Below are positions 1-15,180 of a stretch of DNA of 64,000 nt, in pieces. Where the stretch lies: the NCBI RefSeq assembly GCF_009914755.1, contig NC_060926.1; one strand, written 5' to 3'. The DNA comes from the human T2T-CHM13v2.0 reference genome, Homo sapiens. The notes under the pieces were generated by a model. The model was not told the origin of the DNA. It ran no database searches and saw only the letters and a program-made list of their open reading frames with translations. Every line of letters begins with the position of its first letter. Positions within the stretch are counted from its first letter, which is position 1. Made by a program: the position numbers and the translations under genes.

Positions 1-64
1 ATCCCCATTGCCTAGTATAATGTCTGGCACATAATAACCTTTCAATAAATATCTGCTGAAAGAA

Positions 65-228
65 CAGATTTACTAAGTACTTGGCATGTGCCAGGCACTG
101 TGTGTTTTGATACATATATTATCTTACTTAATCTTCATTCCCAGTGAGGTATTATTTCCCCATACTACAAATGGGAAATCTGAGGCACAGAGACATCAAA
201 CTGCCCAAGGGCTATATAGATAGTAAGC

Positions 229-230
<2 letters not shown>
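65..230 (-). mobile_element. MIR fragment (preceded by an L2 3' end at 1-60)
   Basis: tgtgccaggcactgtg ... aatctgaggcacagaga MIR core motifs. Confidence 0.6.
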
Positions 231-1706
<1,476 letters not shown>

Positions 1707-1899
1707 TTTAAAGGTAATCTGCAGGCAGAATCTATACTTATTTCTACATATGTTATGTACACAATTAGGATGATTTTACCAAACAGGGCTAGATTACATC
1801 TGTCCACCCAGTATTCCATCCAGTTGGTGCTCCTTTTTACTCAGAGTATGCCAGTTTTTGTACAACAAATTATATAGTTACCCTATTCAGCGATGGAAG

Positions 1900-2450
1900 A
1901 AAGAAGAAGAAATCAAGCACCTTACCATTGTCTACAGGGTCCTAAATGATCTAGCCTATGTCCACCTTCCCGACTTAAATCTTGTCATTTTCTTCCCATT
2001 GTTCATACTTCAGACACACTTATCTTCTCTCAGTTCCTCTAATATAACGAAACTTTCCTCAGGATCTTTATGGGTACTGGAAAGGTATTTAAAAACCCAT
2101 CATAGTACCTAATTCAACCTCTCCCATAAGGACACTACCTCCTTATCCATTCAGTTTAAATATAAAACTCCTCAAAGAGGTCTTCTCTGACCACCCTAAC
2201 TGAACTAAGAACTCACTGTTCTCAACCATAGAACCCTATTTGTTTTCTTCCTGGTAGGTATCATAATTGGTAATTTTTGATGTTGTTTCTTTGTATTTAT
2301 TGCCTGTCTCCCATAGTGGAATGTAAATTCAACAAGAATGGGGATTATGCATGCCTATTTTGTTCTCCATTATATCCCTAGTGCCAAGTACAATGCCAGC
2401 AATGGCAATAAAACAGGCACTCACTAAATATTTAATGACTCAATTAATAT
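1900..2450 (+). mobile_element. L2 3' fragment
   Basis: Degenerate L2 3' motifs (tcctcagg, tctctgaccaccct, gtaaattc, cctagtgcc...aggcactcactaaatattt). Confidence 0.6.
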
Positions 2451-3335
2451 CTGCAAAAATTTATTTTAAAAGTGGCCACACCATCAATTTCCAGTTTTAA
2501 AAAAGATTCAGCAGCTAATATTTCTAGCTATCTTTTGTCAAATACTATCCACATGTACAGCTAATACTTATATTGATGAAAATAAGGTAAACCAAAGATA
2601 TGCTGGTGTCTTCCCCAGAGCAGACAGGGAAGAACCATGACACTTATCAGATACTCTATAAAATGCAATAAAATTTTAGAAAATCATAAAATGCTACGCC
2701 TCTTTAATAGAGAAAGTTTTGCTCCCCCTCCAATAAAAGCCAGGTACAAAATTTTATTAGGGGAGTGGGTTTGAACAAATCACTAATGGAAAATACAAAT
2801 AAGTCCCAGCATGACACAATACATTTGTATACTTATTACTCAGAATCATGCACTTCTGGCTATGATGAAGTAATTGGTACCAGCTAGCCCTCCCATTGTA
2901 AACAACCATCAAAAATGACAAAACACACAAGGCAACCGTATTCAGGTTTCGTAAAATAAACACAAGACTGTAATTCCTGAGAGAAGAGAAACTCACCAAG
3001 TCAACCCCATAATTGCCCAGAAACTCTGATAAAAGTCAATATTGCAACCAGTGTGCAGCATATAATTGCATGTTTCTGCTGAGTTGAGGAGGCAGAGATC
3101 AGAGTTTAAGACAAATGAAGCAGCTAAATTATTCTGGGCAGGACACTGGAAAGCAAGGAGAGGGAGATCCCTAGAAGTCACATGTGTGTACTTGGCTAAA
3201 GGCTGGGCTACCCAGAGAGAAAGCAGTCCAGGTTTATTAGAGACCAACTGCTTTGGGGTTATGGTAAAACATAAACACTGGAGGTTAAGTGGCATTGGAA
3301 GAACACAGGATTTCCAGACAAGCAAAAGTAGAGAA

Positions 3336-3446
3336 GGGCAGGTGTGGTGGCTCACGCCTGTAATCCCAGCACTTTGGGAAGCTGAGGCAGGAGGACTGCT
3401 TAAGCCCAAGAGTTTGAGACAGCCTAGGCAACAGTGAGACCCTGTC

Positions 3447-3483
<37 letters not shown>
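3336..3483 (+). mobile_element. FLAM (free left Alu monomer)
   Basis: Single monomer, long A-tail, TSD aaa(a/g)gtagagaa. Confidence 0.85.
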
Positions 3484-3485
<2 letters not shown>

Positions 3486-3662
3486 TAGAGAAACCTGGCT
3501 AATTTCTTGGTCGTTCAGCTGACACATCTTATGAAAAAGAACCAGGCTCTAAAGTAAGACCTACTCTAGCACAAACCTAACAAAACCTAACATTAAACCT
3601 TAAAAGATCCAAAGGGAAACACAGTTTGGAGGTTGTACCCTACAAATTTAAAAGAACTTGGG

Positions 3663-4714
<1,052 letters not shown>

Positions 4715-4904
4715 TCAATCTGAAAAATAAAGACAAAATGAATAAATGAAACTGAAGAGACTCAGGGGATTCCAATACCATTTTAAACAGTCTAAAATAT
4801 GTGTAATTATAAATGGATTAAATACTCCAATTAATAAACATAAATTATAAAAACTGATTAAAAAGCAATTATAGTTCACATACTTATATATAATAATTAT
4901 ATAT

Positions 4905-5283
4905 TGATATGGTTTGGATTTGTGCCCCCACCCAAATTTCAGGTCAAATTGTAATTCCCAGTGTTGGAGGGAAGGGCCTAGTGGGAGGTGACTGGATCAC
5001 GGGGAGGGACTTCCCCCTTGTTGTTCTCCTGATAGTGAGTTCTCATGAGATCTGGTTGTTAAAAGTATATGGCATTCTCCCTCTTTGTTCTCGTCTTCCT
5101 TCTCTGGCCACGTAAGACGTGCTTGCTTCCCTTTCACCTTCTGCCATGATTGTAAATTTCCTGAGGCCTGCCCAGCCACGCTTCCTGTACGGCCTGCAGA
5201 ACTGTGAGTCAATTAAACCTCTTTTATGAATTATCCAGTCTCTCAGGTAGTTCTTTACAGCAATGTGAGAACGGACTAATACA
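4905..5283 (+). mobile_element. MST-family (MSTA-like) ERVL-MaLR solo LTR
   Basis: TGATATGGTTTGG...CTAATACA termini; 5-bp TSD tatat. Confidence 0.88.
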
Positions 5284-5623
5284 TATATCTAATATACATA
5301 TTATATATAAATATATACATAAGTTATATAGTTTAATTATGAGTTCAAATGAGTTGAAAACAAATGAATGGAGAAAGATCTACCATGCAAACTGCAAGGG
5401 TAAAAAAGTTGGTATATAAATAATAAAGCAGACTTCAAGGCAAAGAGTATTATAAGAGATAAGGTAATTTAGATAAAAGGGGTAATCCATTACGGAGGCA
5501 TAACCATTCTAATTACGTATGCATCTTCAATAAATGAGCCTGAAAATTAATAACATAAAAACTAACAGGACTAAGAAAGAAACGGACAAATCTATACCTT
5601 CAGTTGGAAATATTAATACCCCA

Positions 5624-5711
5624 TGGTCTTAGTTTAGGTTGTTCGGAGGTTGAATTACGCTCCAAGGTCACCCCGACCAAAATTTTTAATGCAGGGATAG
5701 TAGGCTAGGGA
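5624..5711 (-). pseudogene. NUMT: fragment of mitochondrial 16S rRNA (MT-RNR2), domain V/P-loop region
   Basis: Reverse complement contains CCTGCATTAAAAATTTTGGTCGGGGTGACCTTGGAGC...AACCTCCGA...CTAAGAC, matching mt-16S CCTGCATTAAAAATTTCGGTTGGGGCGACCTCGGAGC...AACCTCCGA. It interrupts an L1 ORF2 remnant exactly (ataccccA|insert|ctctcagta). Confidence 0.88.
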
Positions 5712-7006
5712 CTCTCAGTATTTGATAGAACAAGCAAACAAAACATCAGTATGGATATAAAGAAAATATAGCCCAAAATAAAAACTGCCTAAACAAATTA
5801 TAATTACAAAGATTATATTAATAGATTACATCACTTCTCATTTTAAAATATTTTGAAATTTGGGAGGTTAGCCTAGGCAGCTACAGTGGTGGAGGAGCAG
5901 GGGCTGGTATGCGCTGGGCAGCGAGAGCCTCATGGCGGAGGAAGACAGCGATCAAAAGGCCGAACGCCTCAGAGAAGAGCTTGTGGCCACTGTGGAGTCC
6001 CTGCTGGGCCCTGTGGGGCTTAGAGCTGCGGGCGACGGCAGAGGCGGTGCTGGCAGCTGCAGTGGCGGCGTCACGATCAGCTGTCGGGGTTACTGCTGAC
6101 GCTTCTGTCAGGTGGTTGAAGATTACGTTGGAAGATGGCAGGTCCCTTTGCCACAGCTTCAGGTTCTTCAGACTGTACTTTGTTGTTTTACAACAGCCAG
6201 TGCATCATTCCCAGATGAATGTGAGCACGTACAACATGTTTTGAGTAGCCTTGCTGTGAGTTTCTTCGAGTTGCTGCTGTTCTTTGGAAGAGGTGAGTTT
6301 TATGAAGAGCCCTTAAAGGATATTCTTGGATCATTCCAGGAATACCAGAATCACCTCCGCAGATATGGAAATGTGAATCTGGAACTGGTGACTCGAATCA
6401 TTAGAGATGGCGGCCCATGGGAAGATCCAGTGTTGCAAGCTGTCCTTAAAGCTCAGCCAGCATCTCAGGAGATAGGTACTTCAGGAGATTCGAAATCAAA
6501 CCAACATTTGTAATAAGCAAATACACTTTCATTTACTAACTAGAGCAGTAATAGTGATTTTTCTTCATTTTATAATACTGAATAATGGAGTGATGTATTC
6601 TCAAGTGAAAAGTGTTTGTTTTTCTAACCTGGCCCACAGTGATTTCTGACACCAGGTTTGGTACATTTATTTATCATAATAGAAATTCTGAGTGGTAACA
6701 CATCTACCAGATGTTATTTACAGAAAGTGTATTTTTGTCACTTCAGTTATATTTTTAAAATCTGTTTAAGGAGGAACTTTTTTTTTTAAGAAACAAAAAC
6801 TCTGCTTTTCATAAAAGCACATGGAATCTCCCTTCCCTTACACAGGAAACTCCATGAGGGCTGAAACTGAATTTTTGTCATACTACTGCATAGCCAGCCC
6901 AATGCTTGGTACAGAGTAGATGCTTAATATAATGACGACATGGTGAATGCATGAGTGAATAAGTGACTGACTGAATGAATAAATTCGAATTCCAAATACT
7001 CTAGAG

Positions 7007-7964
7007 CAGTATTTCCCAAACTTCATGCATTAGAAGTTTTGTCTCATACCCTTACTACCTGCGTATTTCTTTGATATCACCTGCTGTCCAATCTGATTTA
7101 ACAGTGGTCCTTTGTAAGCCAAAATCTCCTTTCAAGGCAGGAGGCTTTGTCAACTGCTCTTAGTTAATTCTTTTTTAAAATGTTCCCCATATTATTCGTG
7201 AATCCCAGAACATTCTGAATCACCAAAACTGTAGAATGTAAGCTTAGCAACAGTGAATAAGCACAAAAGTGTAGAAAACATTTAAAAGTGTGGAGAGAGC
7301 CTATGGAGTTCAGTTATGAGACAGCCAAGGGGAAAAAAACAAGACCTCCCAATCCTGGAACCAGTTAGACCTTGGTTTGGTGAGAAAGACACTTCATACT
7401 ACAGATTTTGTTGAGCAGGTTATTTCTGTTAGTCACGGGTTAAGGAGTTAGGGTGGGTTGTGAATGCAGTTGAGTGGAGAAGGAGCTGTGATAGGATGGG
7501 AGGTAGGATAAGTCTAGGGCTAAGGTATATGTGAAAGTGTTATGAAGAACCCAAGGGGTAAAGAGGACACTGGTGTTTGATGTGTGGATCCTGGAAAGGG
7601 ATTAAAAAAAAAAGAAAACTGAAAAGGGAAAGAGTTGGAGCTGAGGAGGAAGAGTTGGATTACTGAAGAAGTATGAAGAGTCAAATATAGGAAAGGCAAG
7701 GGTGACAGACTGGAGGAAATTATGAGGGGACTGCATGTGCCCAGAGGGGAAGGAGCTAGACAAAGAGCTTCAAGAGAAGTGAGGACAGGGGAAAAGAAAG
7801 TTTGAGCTTTTAAGGGAGATTTAGGCTTCACTACATAAAATCTAGAATAAACCTGTTGTTGGTTGGTCTGAGGGCTGATGGCCTTTTAGGCTGAGAATTA
7901 CATTAAAATAATAAATATTCCTTTGATACCTACACTAGCATACCTCACACTTTGGGAAAAGCTG
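7007..7964. mobile_element. hAT-Charlie-type DNA transposon relic (inside the ZNF654 retrocopy tail)
   Basis: TIRs cagtatttcccaaa / tttgggaaaagctg; perfect 8-bp TSD ctctagag at 6999-7006 and 7965-7972. Confidence 0.7.
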
Positions 7965-8149
7965 CTCTAGAGCCTCATTTAAATGGATGACTTTTCCCTA
8001 GTTGGTGATCACTAGGGTAAAGACCAGACTGAAGTTATCTTTGCATTAACTATACAAATCAGTGTTTGCATATCATATACTGTAAATGGAATTGCAAGAC
8101 AAATGTTTAAGCCAAAATAAAACATTCATAAGCACTCTGGAAGCTACCG

Positions 8150-8350
8150 ATTAAGTGTAAGTAATTAAAATACTTCTGGATTCAAAATCATACAAATATG
8201 GGTTTCAGGTCCTGCTCTGCCACTTAATTCTTTCTCCTTGGGCAGGTCATTTGACCTCTCTGAGACTCAGTTTTGCAATCTATAAAGCTAGTATCATAAT
8301 ACCCATCATAAGGTTGTTGTTAGGTCTAAATAAGTTTATGTAGCTAACGG
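8150..8350 (+). mobile_element. MIR
   Basis: gggtttcaggtcctgctctgccactta...ctctctgagactcagttttgcaatctataaa. Confidence 0.7.
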
Positions 8351-8890
8351 TGTTTATATATTTTTAAATTGTGTAAAAGTATTAATTAGTAATTTCCTTA
8401 GTGATACATAAATCTATACTAATAAGCAGTCCTATTTGGCACTACTTTTGGATTAATTTTATCTTTAAAATATACTTTTCTTGTAAAAAAAATTTTTTGA
8501 AATTTGAAGGATTGATATACAGTAACTGTATATAACAAGAATCCTAAATGCAAAGAGCCAAGTAAGTAATGACAAGAATCATGGCTTACATCCATCTTTT
8601 ATATTAAATGACCAAGCTGGAGTAACAATTCCTTTGATTTGTATACTGTTGTAAAATTTATAGAATACTGAAAATAAATGCACAGGAAAGGACTATGAAA
8701 ACACAGGTGGGGAGTGGGAATTTAAGGAATGAATTATCCTAGACTTGAAACTAGAAAACCCTCTTACAGCAGATAGACTAGATTTTCAACTGATTTGTGT
8801 TCAATTAGCAGGTTATCTCAAATAGTCATTCCAGCAATGTTGTTAAATATAGTTTAAAATATGTCAACAGTGTTAAAAAGAAGTTGCTTA

Positions 8891-9270
<380 letters not shown>

Positions 9271-10264
9271 TCAAATTTTGAATGCTTCCTAACTTCATTA
9301 GAGAAAGCAATCCATACAACATTAAGAGCCAATTTTAATTTATACAGTATTATTACCTATGCTTGACTCAGAACATGACAAGAACAGTTTTTAAACTTCT
9401 GTTATAAAGATATCAACAGAAGCTAAAATATATTTGTCAGCTGGTAGAAAACAGTTAAATATTTAAACTAGCATTTACATATGAGATAACTAAACAGAAA
9501 AACAAATATACCTAGAAGGAAAAAGATATTCATTTATATAAAATAAAATCACACAAGATAGGCATAAGATGGCTTTTGAATATGAGAAAAATGCTGACTG
9601 ACTTCACTTTTGGTGATTCTTCATGCAAAAATGCTCCCCTCTATGTGTTTCCATAGCACTTAAAATAATCTATTACTTGTGAACATGTCTACTTCATACG
9701 CTCCTTTAGGAATATAACACATACTTTCATTTGTGAGACTGCGTAGTGGCTGGCACAATGCTAAACTGACTAATTCAACAAAATCATATATCTGTAGGAT
9801 ATCTACAAAACTTTAGAATATTTTGGCTACATGTTCTAGTTCATAGGGCCTGAATTTCACTTAAACTGCTTTGACAGGACAGTTCCTGGCTCATAAATCA
9901 AGAGCTGGGAACCATCAGCTTGTGGTCTTTGACATAACTTAATCTACAGAGCAAACATTAAGAGGCAATAAGCTTATTTATGCCAAATATCTATACCATA
10001 CCTTTATAATTCATTAGCAGTCATGTTACAAGTACCACAATAAAGTGCTATTACTTTAGCAAAGCTGGTTTCCACTGATTATCCTTTGAGGATGTCTCTT
10101 TCCAAGTTATTTTATTATTATTTTCCTCAGCATCTCTGTAGATTTCCCTTTATTCTTCAACTCCTTCTCCTTTATTCAATACAGATGGACACACAGATGA
10201 ACAGTCAGATACAGTGACTGTTCATTATCACACCATACAGAGTAATGTTTAAAAGCATGGATTT

Positions 10265-10566
10265 GCCGGGCTTGGTGGCTCATGCCTGTAATCCCAACAC
10301 TTTGGGAGGCTGAGGCGGGCGGATCATGAGGTCAGCAGTTCGAGACCAGCCTGACCAACATGGTGAAACCCTGTCTTTACTAAAAATACAAAAATTAGGC
10401 GGGCTTGGTGGCAGGCACCTGTAATCCCAGCTACTCAGGAAGCTGAGGCAGGAGAATCGCTTCAACCCAGGAACCCAGGAGACGGAGGATGCAGTGATCC
10501 GAGATCACGCCATTGCACTCCAGCCTGGGTCACAGAGCAAGACTCTGTCTTAAATAAATAAAGAAA
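10265..10566 (+). mobile_element. AluS (Sg-like) inside a MIR
   Basis: Full dimer; TSD aagc(a/g)tggattt. Confidence 0.9.
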
Positions 10567-11155
10567 GAAGTAGCAAGCGTGGATTTAAATGTCAACAAAC
10601 CTGGGCAAACTCCTAGCTGTTTATGAACTATGTGGCCAATTTATCTAATCTCTAAATTTCAATGGCTTCATCTACATCATATCATAGAGTTATTGCATAG
10701 ATAAAATGAGATAATGGCTATAAATATTCAGCACACAGAATATCCTCAATGAAAATGTTAGCTGACTCCACCACAGACAAATGGAATTTAGCTCATTCTG
10801 TTATGTAGTATGACATGAATTTCCCGTCACTAGTCTATGAGTACCTAAAGGATAAAAACGTTGCTCCTATTACAGTGTTTCTCTTTGTATAGAAAAGATT
10901 GCTACATCCCTTGTTTTTAATTTTAAAAGTGGATGAGTGTAAAAACACCATCTAACTGGCTATACATATGAAAAAAAACAAAGAACAAAAAAATAAATAA
11001 TGGTCAAAAAGTTAACAGGGGTTATAACATAACTGATAAAATCTTTGGTAATTTTTATTCTTATTTTTATTTGTACTTTCTGAAGCTAATATGTAGAGCT
11101 TAAAAAAAACTTAAATAGATGAGACATTCCTAAGTGTAGCCAGAGACATACATGG

Positions 11156-11512
11156 TGATATGGTGTGGCTGTGCCCCCAAACAAATCTCATCTTGAATTC
11201 CCATATGTTGTGGGAGGGACCCAGTGGGAGGTAACTGAATCATGAGGGCAGGTCTTTCCTGTGCTGTTCTCATGATAGTAAGTAGTAAGTCTCATGAGAT
11301 CTAATGGTTATTATAAGGGGGGAGTTTTCCTGCACAAGCTCTCTTTGCCTGCTGCCATCCATGTAAGATGTGACTTGCTGCTCCTTGCCTTCTGCCATGA
11401 TTGTGAAGCCTCCCCAGCCACGTGGAACTGTAAGTCCAATAAACTTCTTTCTTTTGTAAATTGCCCAGTCTCGGGTATGTCTTTATTAGCAGCATGAAAA
11501 CAGACTAATACA
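11156..11512 (+). mobile_element. THE1-family solo LTR
   Basis: TGATATGG...CTAATACA termini, THE1 internal motifs, TSD catgg/cttgg. Confidence 0.9.
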
Positions 11513-12379
11513 CTTGGAAAATCCTAAAATGGACCTCCTCAAACACTTATGGACAAAAACTTTTGAACATCATTCTAAGTAAAACACCTCATTTGAAATT
11601 TTCAAATTTATTTTTATTAACAAAAATATATTATTTTTATAAGAAGATCCAATGAATCTACTTGACAGACCTGGAGCAGTTACTGTTTCTACCATAGATA
11701 CACAAAAAAAATGTTCTCACATTTTCTGTTTGTGGCAGCCAAGATCAAATGGGGGATACAGAAATTACAAAAACATGTTGAGAGATAATTTTTGCAACTT
11801 AGAAATAACCCTGTAAACAGTGAAGAGCCTGTTTTATTCCAAAAAAGGAATTAAAAAGTTGAGTTTACATGAGTAGCATTGGAAAATCATGCCCCCAACA
11901 TCCTTGCCTCCTGGTTGGTTCTACTTTAAAAGCCTGGCTTAAAACTAAATTAAAAGCCAGTGGATGCCCAGGAAGCAATAAGCCCAGTGATCAGGAAGGA
12001 TCACAGTCAATTCTTCAATGAAAACTTTCTACATTCAAGTTTCTGTGCTATACAGCATACTGAAAGACAAGAAAAATCTAACTCCAGATATGATCTGGTT
12101 GCACACACACACATTAGTTACCAATGTCTGGGTTGAACTGACAAATGCCTACAGTAAGGGTTCTCCTTTTCTTCCTGCTGCTCTACAGATATTCCTCCAA
12201 AACTGTGTTCCTGACTAAGTAAGATAATCTTCCCGATACAAGTGAACTATGTAGAACAGCTATGAATCCCTGATGTAAATGCCAAAAGTACTTGAAAGAC
12301 ACAGTTCCTGCATCCAAAGTTTTACATTATTAAAAAAAAAAAAAGAAATCAAAGTATATATATAAACTATAGCACAAGG

Positions 12380-12405
12380 CACACACACACACACACACAC
12401 ACACA
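12380..12405. repeat. (CA)n microsatellite
   Basis: Directly visible. Confidence 0.95.
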
Positions 12406-12999
12406 AAAAAACAAAGAGCATGCTCTGAAATGAGCAGCCTGACTACAATGAATAGCTCAGTGGAAGATAAGGGTTAAAGTTTTTTTTTTTTTAATTGGCA
12501 ACACCTTAAAAGGCAGCCTGGAGGGCCAGGATGAAGTTTTCATAGTTCATTTGGTTGGAAAAAGATCCATTGAATATACAGCAGAGATAGTACATAAATA
12601 TATTTTATAAGGTCACCTTGACAGCAGTTTATATTAGTCAGATCAGATGTAGAATTCCCATTTTTTATCTAACTCAATATAAGGAGGTGGGGAAATAAAG
12701 AAAAAAGATGAAAAAAAAAAAACATGTATGCTAAAAAGCTCCACTCTTAATTCCACTACACATAAACCAGGAATGGGGATAGGAGTAATACATGAGAACG
12801 CAAGGATATTTCAAGCAGGAGGAAGATGGTCTGCTAAATAGTAATGTCAGTCTAACTGAGCTTGGATAGTGTGAATTTATAGATGTAATAAGCAGAGTCC
12901 TGACACTGTCTTTATCAGCACTTCACAACCTAAGATTAATAGTAACAATGGTGAAACACTGTTAGCAGAAGTGGAAAATAGAATGCAAAGCAGGTGTTC

Positions 13000-13600
13000 A
13001 TACATAACTGGATAACGATGGAGTGGCCTGATGAAGGTGATGACAGTAAAAGTGGATGGACTGGAGAAATATTATGAAAGCAGAAACAGGACTTACTGAA
13101 AAATTAACTATAAGAGTTGACAGAAAAAAGTAATCAGTGATGACTCCTAATTTTTTGACTTGAACAACTAGGTTGATGCAAGAGCCATTTACTACGATCA
13201 GAAAGAGAAGGAACAGATTTGTGGAGGAAGAACAAAGTTAGAGAGGGAATCAAACATTCTGATTTCACACATTTTAGAGATCTATGACACATCTTCATGA
13301 AGATGTCAAATAAGCCACTGTGGATATGAGTTGGGGAGCAAAGTAGAAAGTTCCGAGCAGTAACTGTAAATTTGAGCATTGCCATTATATAAACTGTATT
13401 TAAAGTCACAGGAATGCATGAGCTTACCTTAAGAAGGCAAATAAACAAAGAGCCTGGCCATTGGAAACTACAAATTTAGAAGTCAGGTAGAGAATGAACC
13501 ATGAAGGAAACTTAGAAGGAAGAGCCTGTAAAGAAAAAATCCTTTCAAGAAATGAAGATATGTGAATATTACTAAGAGTTTGAGTGAGATGAAAGTGAAA
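13000..13600 (-). mobile_element. L2 fragment
   Basis: gatgactcctaattttttgacttgaacaact, ggagatgtcaaata-like and gtatttaaagtcacaggaatg motifs. Confidence 0.6.
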
Positions 13601-13669
13601 TACTATACAGCCAATACAAGTACAGGTGAAGTCTATATTTATTGACATGGAAAGATGGTTATGACCATA

Positions 13670-13920
13670 TGTCAAAGAGAACACACTCTGGAATCCTCTG
13701 CCTAAATTCAAATCTCATTTCAACCACTTAGCAGCTATGTGAACTTTGGGGGTTATTTATCCTAACTACGTGAGTTTAATTTTCCCATCTGTACAATGGG
13801 CATAATAGTAATAATACTTACCTGAAAGGACTGTTGTGAAGACCTACGTTACTAAATACAAATGGATTAAAAGTCTGCCTGGCATGTTACAACTGCTAAA
13901 AGAGTGTATGCTACCATTTA
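13670..13920 (+). mobile_element. MIR
   Basis: ttcaaatctcatttcaaccacttagcagctatgtgaactttggg...catctgtacaatggg. Confidence 0.7.
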
Positions 13921-14549
13921 TTACTACATTAAAAAACACAAATTACAAAACTATGTATATAATGATCCTTTAAGACTTAAATATATTACATTTATCTTCA
14001 GAAATGGGCAAGTTGGAAATCTAGATATCAAATTAATAAGAGTAGTTCTCTCTCAATTCTAACACTACAGGTGAATTTTAAAAATATAACGTTGGCTTAT
14101 TTTCTCATTATTCTACTGTGAACATATTCATCATTTACATAATTCTTAATTTCAAGGGAAATTTTCATAACTCAATAGCGAAAAGTTTTAAACTTTCCTA
14201 GAATGAAAATGATTAGGAGAAAATATAAATACCCACTGAAAATAATTCAACATTAGTTTTGCAACAGTCTCCAAATGTCTGTAAATCACCAAGCAGTGAA
14301 ACGATACAAAAAGGGTGGTTACCTTTATGTTTGAAAATGGTAATAGGGAGAAAGAAACATGATAAATGGAGGTTTTAACACGTTTTTCCACCTAATTCTA
14401 AGCAATTTAGACCTCTGTGAATGAGAATGCATTCATATATTAAATTCCATAGTTTAAAATAAAACAGCGACCAGGAAAAAATTTAATGTCACTTAACATT
14501 TTTCTTAGGAATAAGAAGTAAGCAGGGGGATTACACAGTGGGATTGCAG

Positions 14550-14711
14550 GATTACTCACACCTGTAATCCCAGCAATTTAGGAGGCCAAAGCAGGAGGAC
14601 TGCTTGAGGCCAGGAGTTAGAGACAAGTGTGGGCAACACTGGGGGACCTTGTTTCTACAAAAAAAAAAAAAATTCAAAACTAGCCATGTATGGCGGTACA
14701 CACCTGTGGTC
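14550..14711 (+). mobile_element. AluJ left-arm fragment, 3' truncated
   Basis: Stops shortly after the middle A-rich linker (cacctgtggtcc). Confidence 0.8.
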
Positions 14712-14712
14712 C

Positions 14713-15180
14713 TTTTTCTATTTTTAGATTTTTAAAGCTTTCTTATTGAAAACTAAAACACGCACGCCCACTAGCATAGGCCTACAGAGGGTCAGGATCA
14801 TAAATATCACTGTCTTCCACCTCTACATCTTGTCCCACTAAAAGGTTTTCAGGCGAAATAACATGAATGGAGCTGGCATTTCCTATGGTAACAATGCCTT
14901 CTCCTGGAATCCCTCCTGAGGGACCTGCCTGAGGTACTTCTTGAGGAGGTGTCACTTTTTTCAGAAATATGTCCATGGTGGTTTGTTGGGCTTGTTTCTT
15001 TTCTCACTATTGAGTTGCATGAGTAATGTGTTGGAACTACGGCATTAAGATGGCTATGACCTTAAGACAGCTGACATTACTAGGTAAAAGGAATTTTTCA
15101 GCTCCATTATAGTCTTTGGGGACCACTGACATATATGCAGTCTATCATTTACCAAAACACCATAATGCTGCGCATGACTG
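14713..15180 (-). mobile_element. Tigger3/MER7 (Golem) DNA transposon fragment
   Basis: TIR ...gcgcatgactg followed by TA; internal caggatcataaatatcactgtcttccacctc. Confidence 0.8.

Larger units (their letters stand above)
5863..8492 (+). pseudogene. Processed retrocopy of the ZNF654 5' exons plus ~2 kb of non-coding 3' extension
   Basis: ATG 5932 MAEEDSDQKAERLREELVATVES...CQVVEDYVGRWQVPLPQLQVLQT...GGPWEDPVLQAVLKAQPASQEI matches the recalled ZNF654 long-isoform N-terminus. One in-frame TGA at 6097. Flanked by an 18-bp TSD, aaaata/ttttgaaatttg-type (5845-5862; 8489-8506, 1 mismatch), at a TTTT/AAAA L1 endonuclease site. Short A-run at 8485-8492. Confidence 0.85.

Noticed and set aside
5624-5711. 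Possible humanin-like (MTRNR2L) peptide gene
   Set aside because: By recall the fragment lies downstream of the humanin segment of mt-16S, and no MAPRGFSCLLL-like frame is seen.
5909-6244. 111-aa ORF (+)
   Set aside because: Alternative frame of the GC-rich ZNF654 retrocopy; the parental frame starts at 5932.
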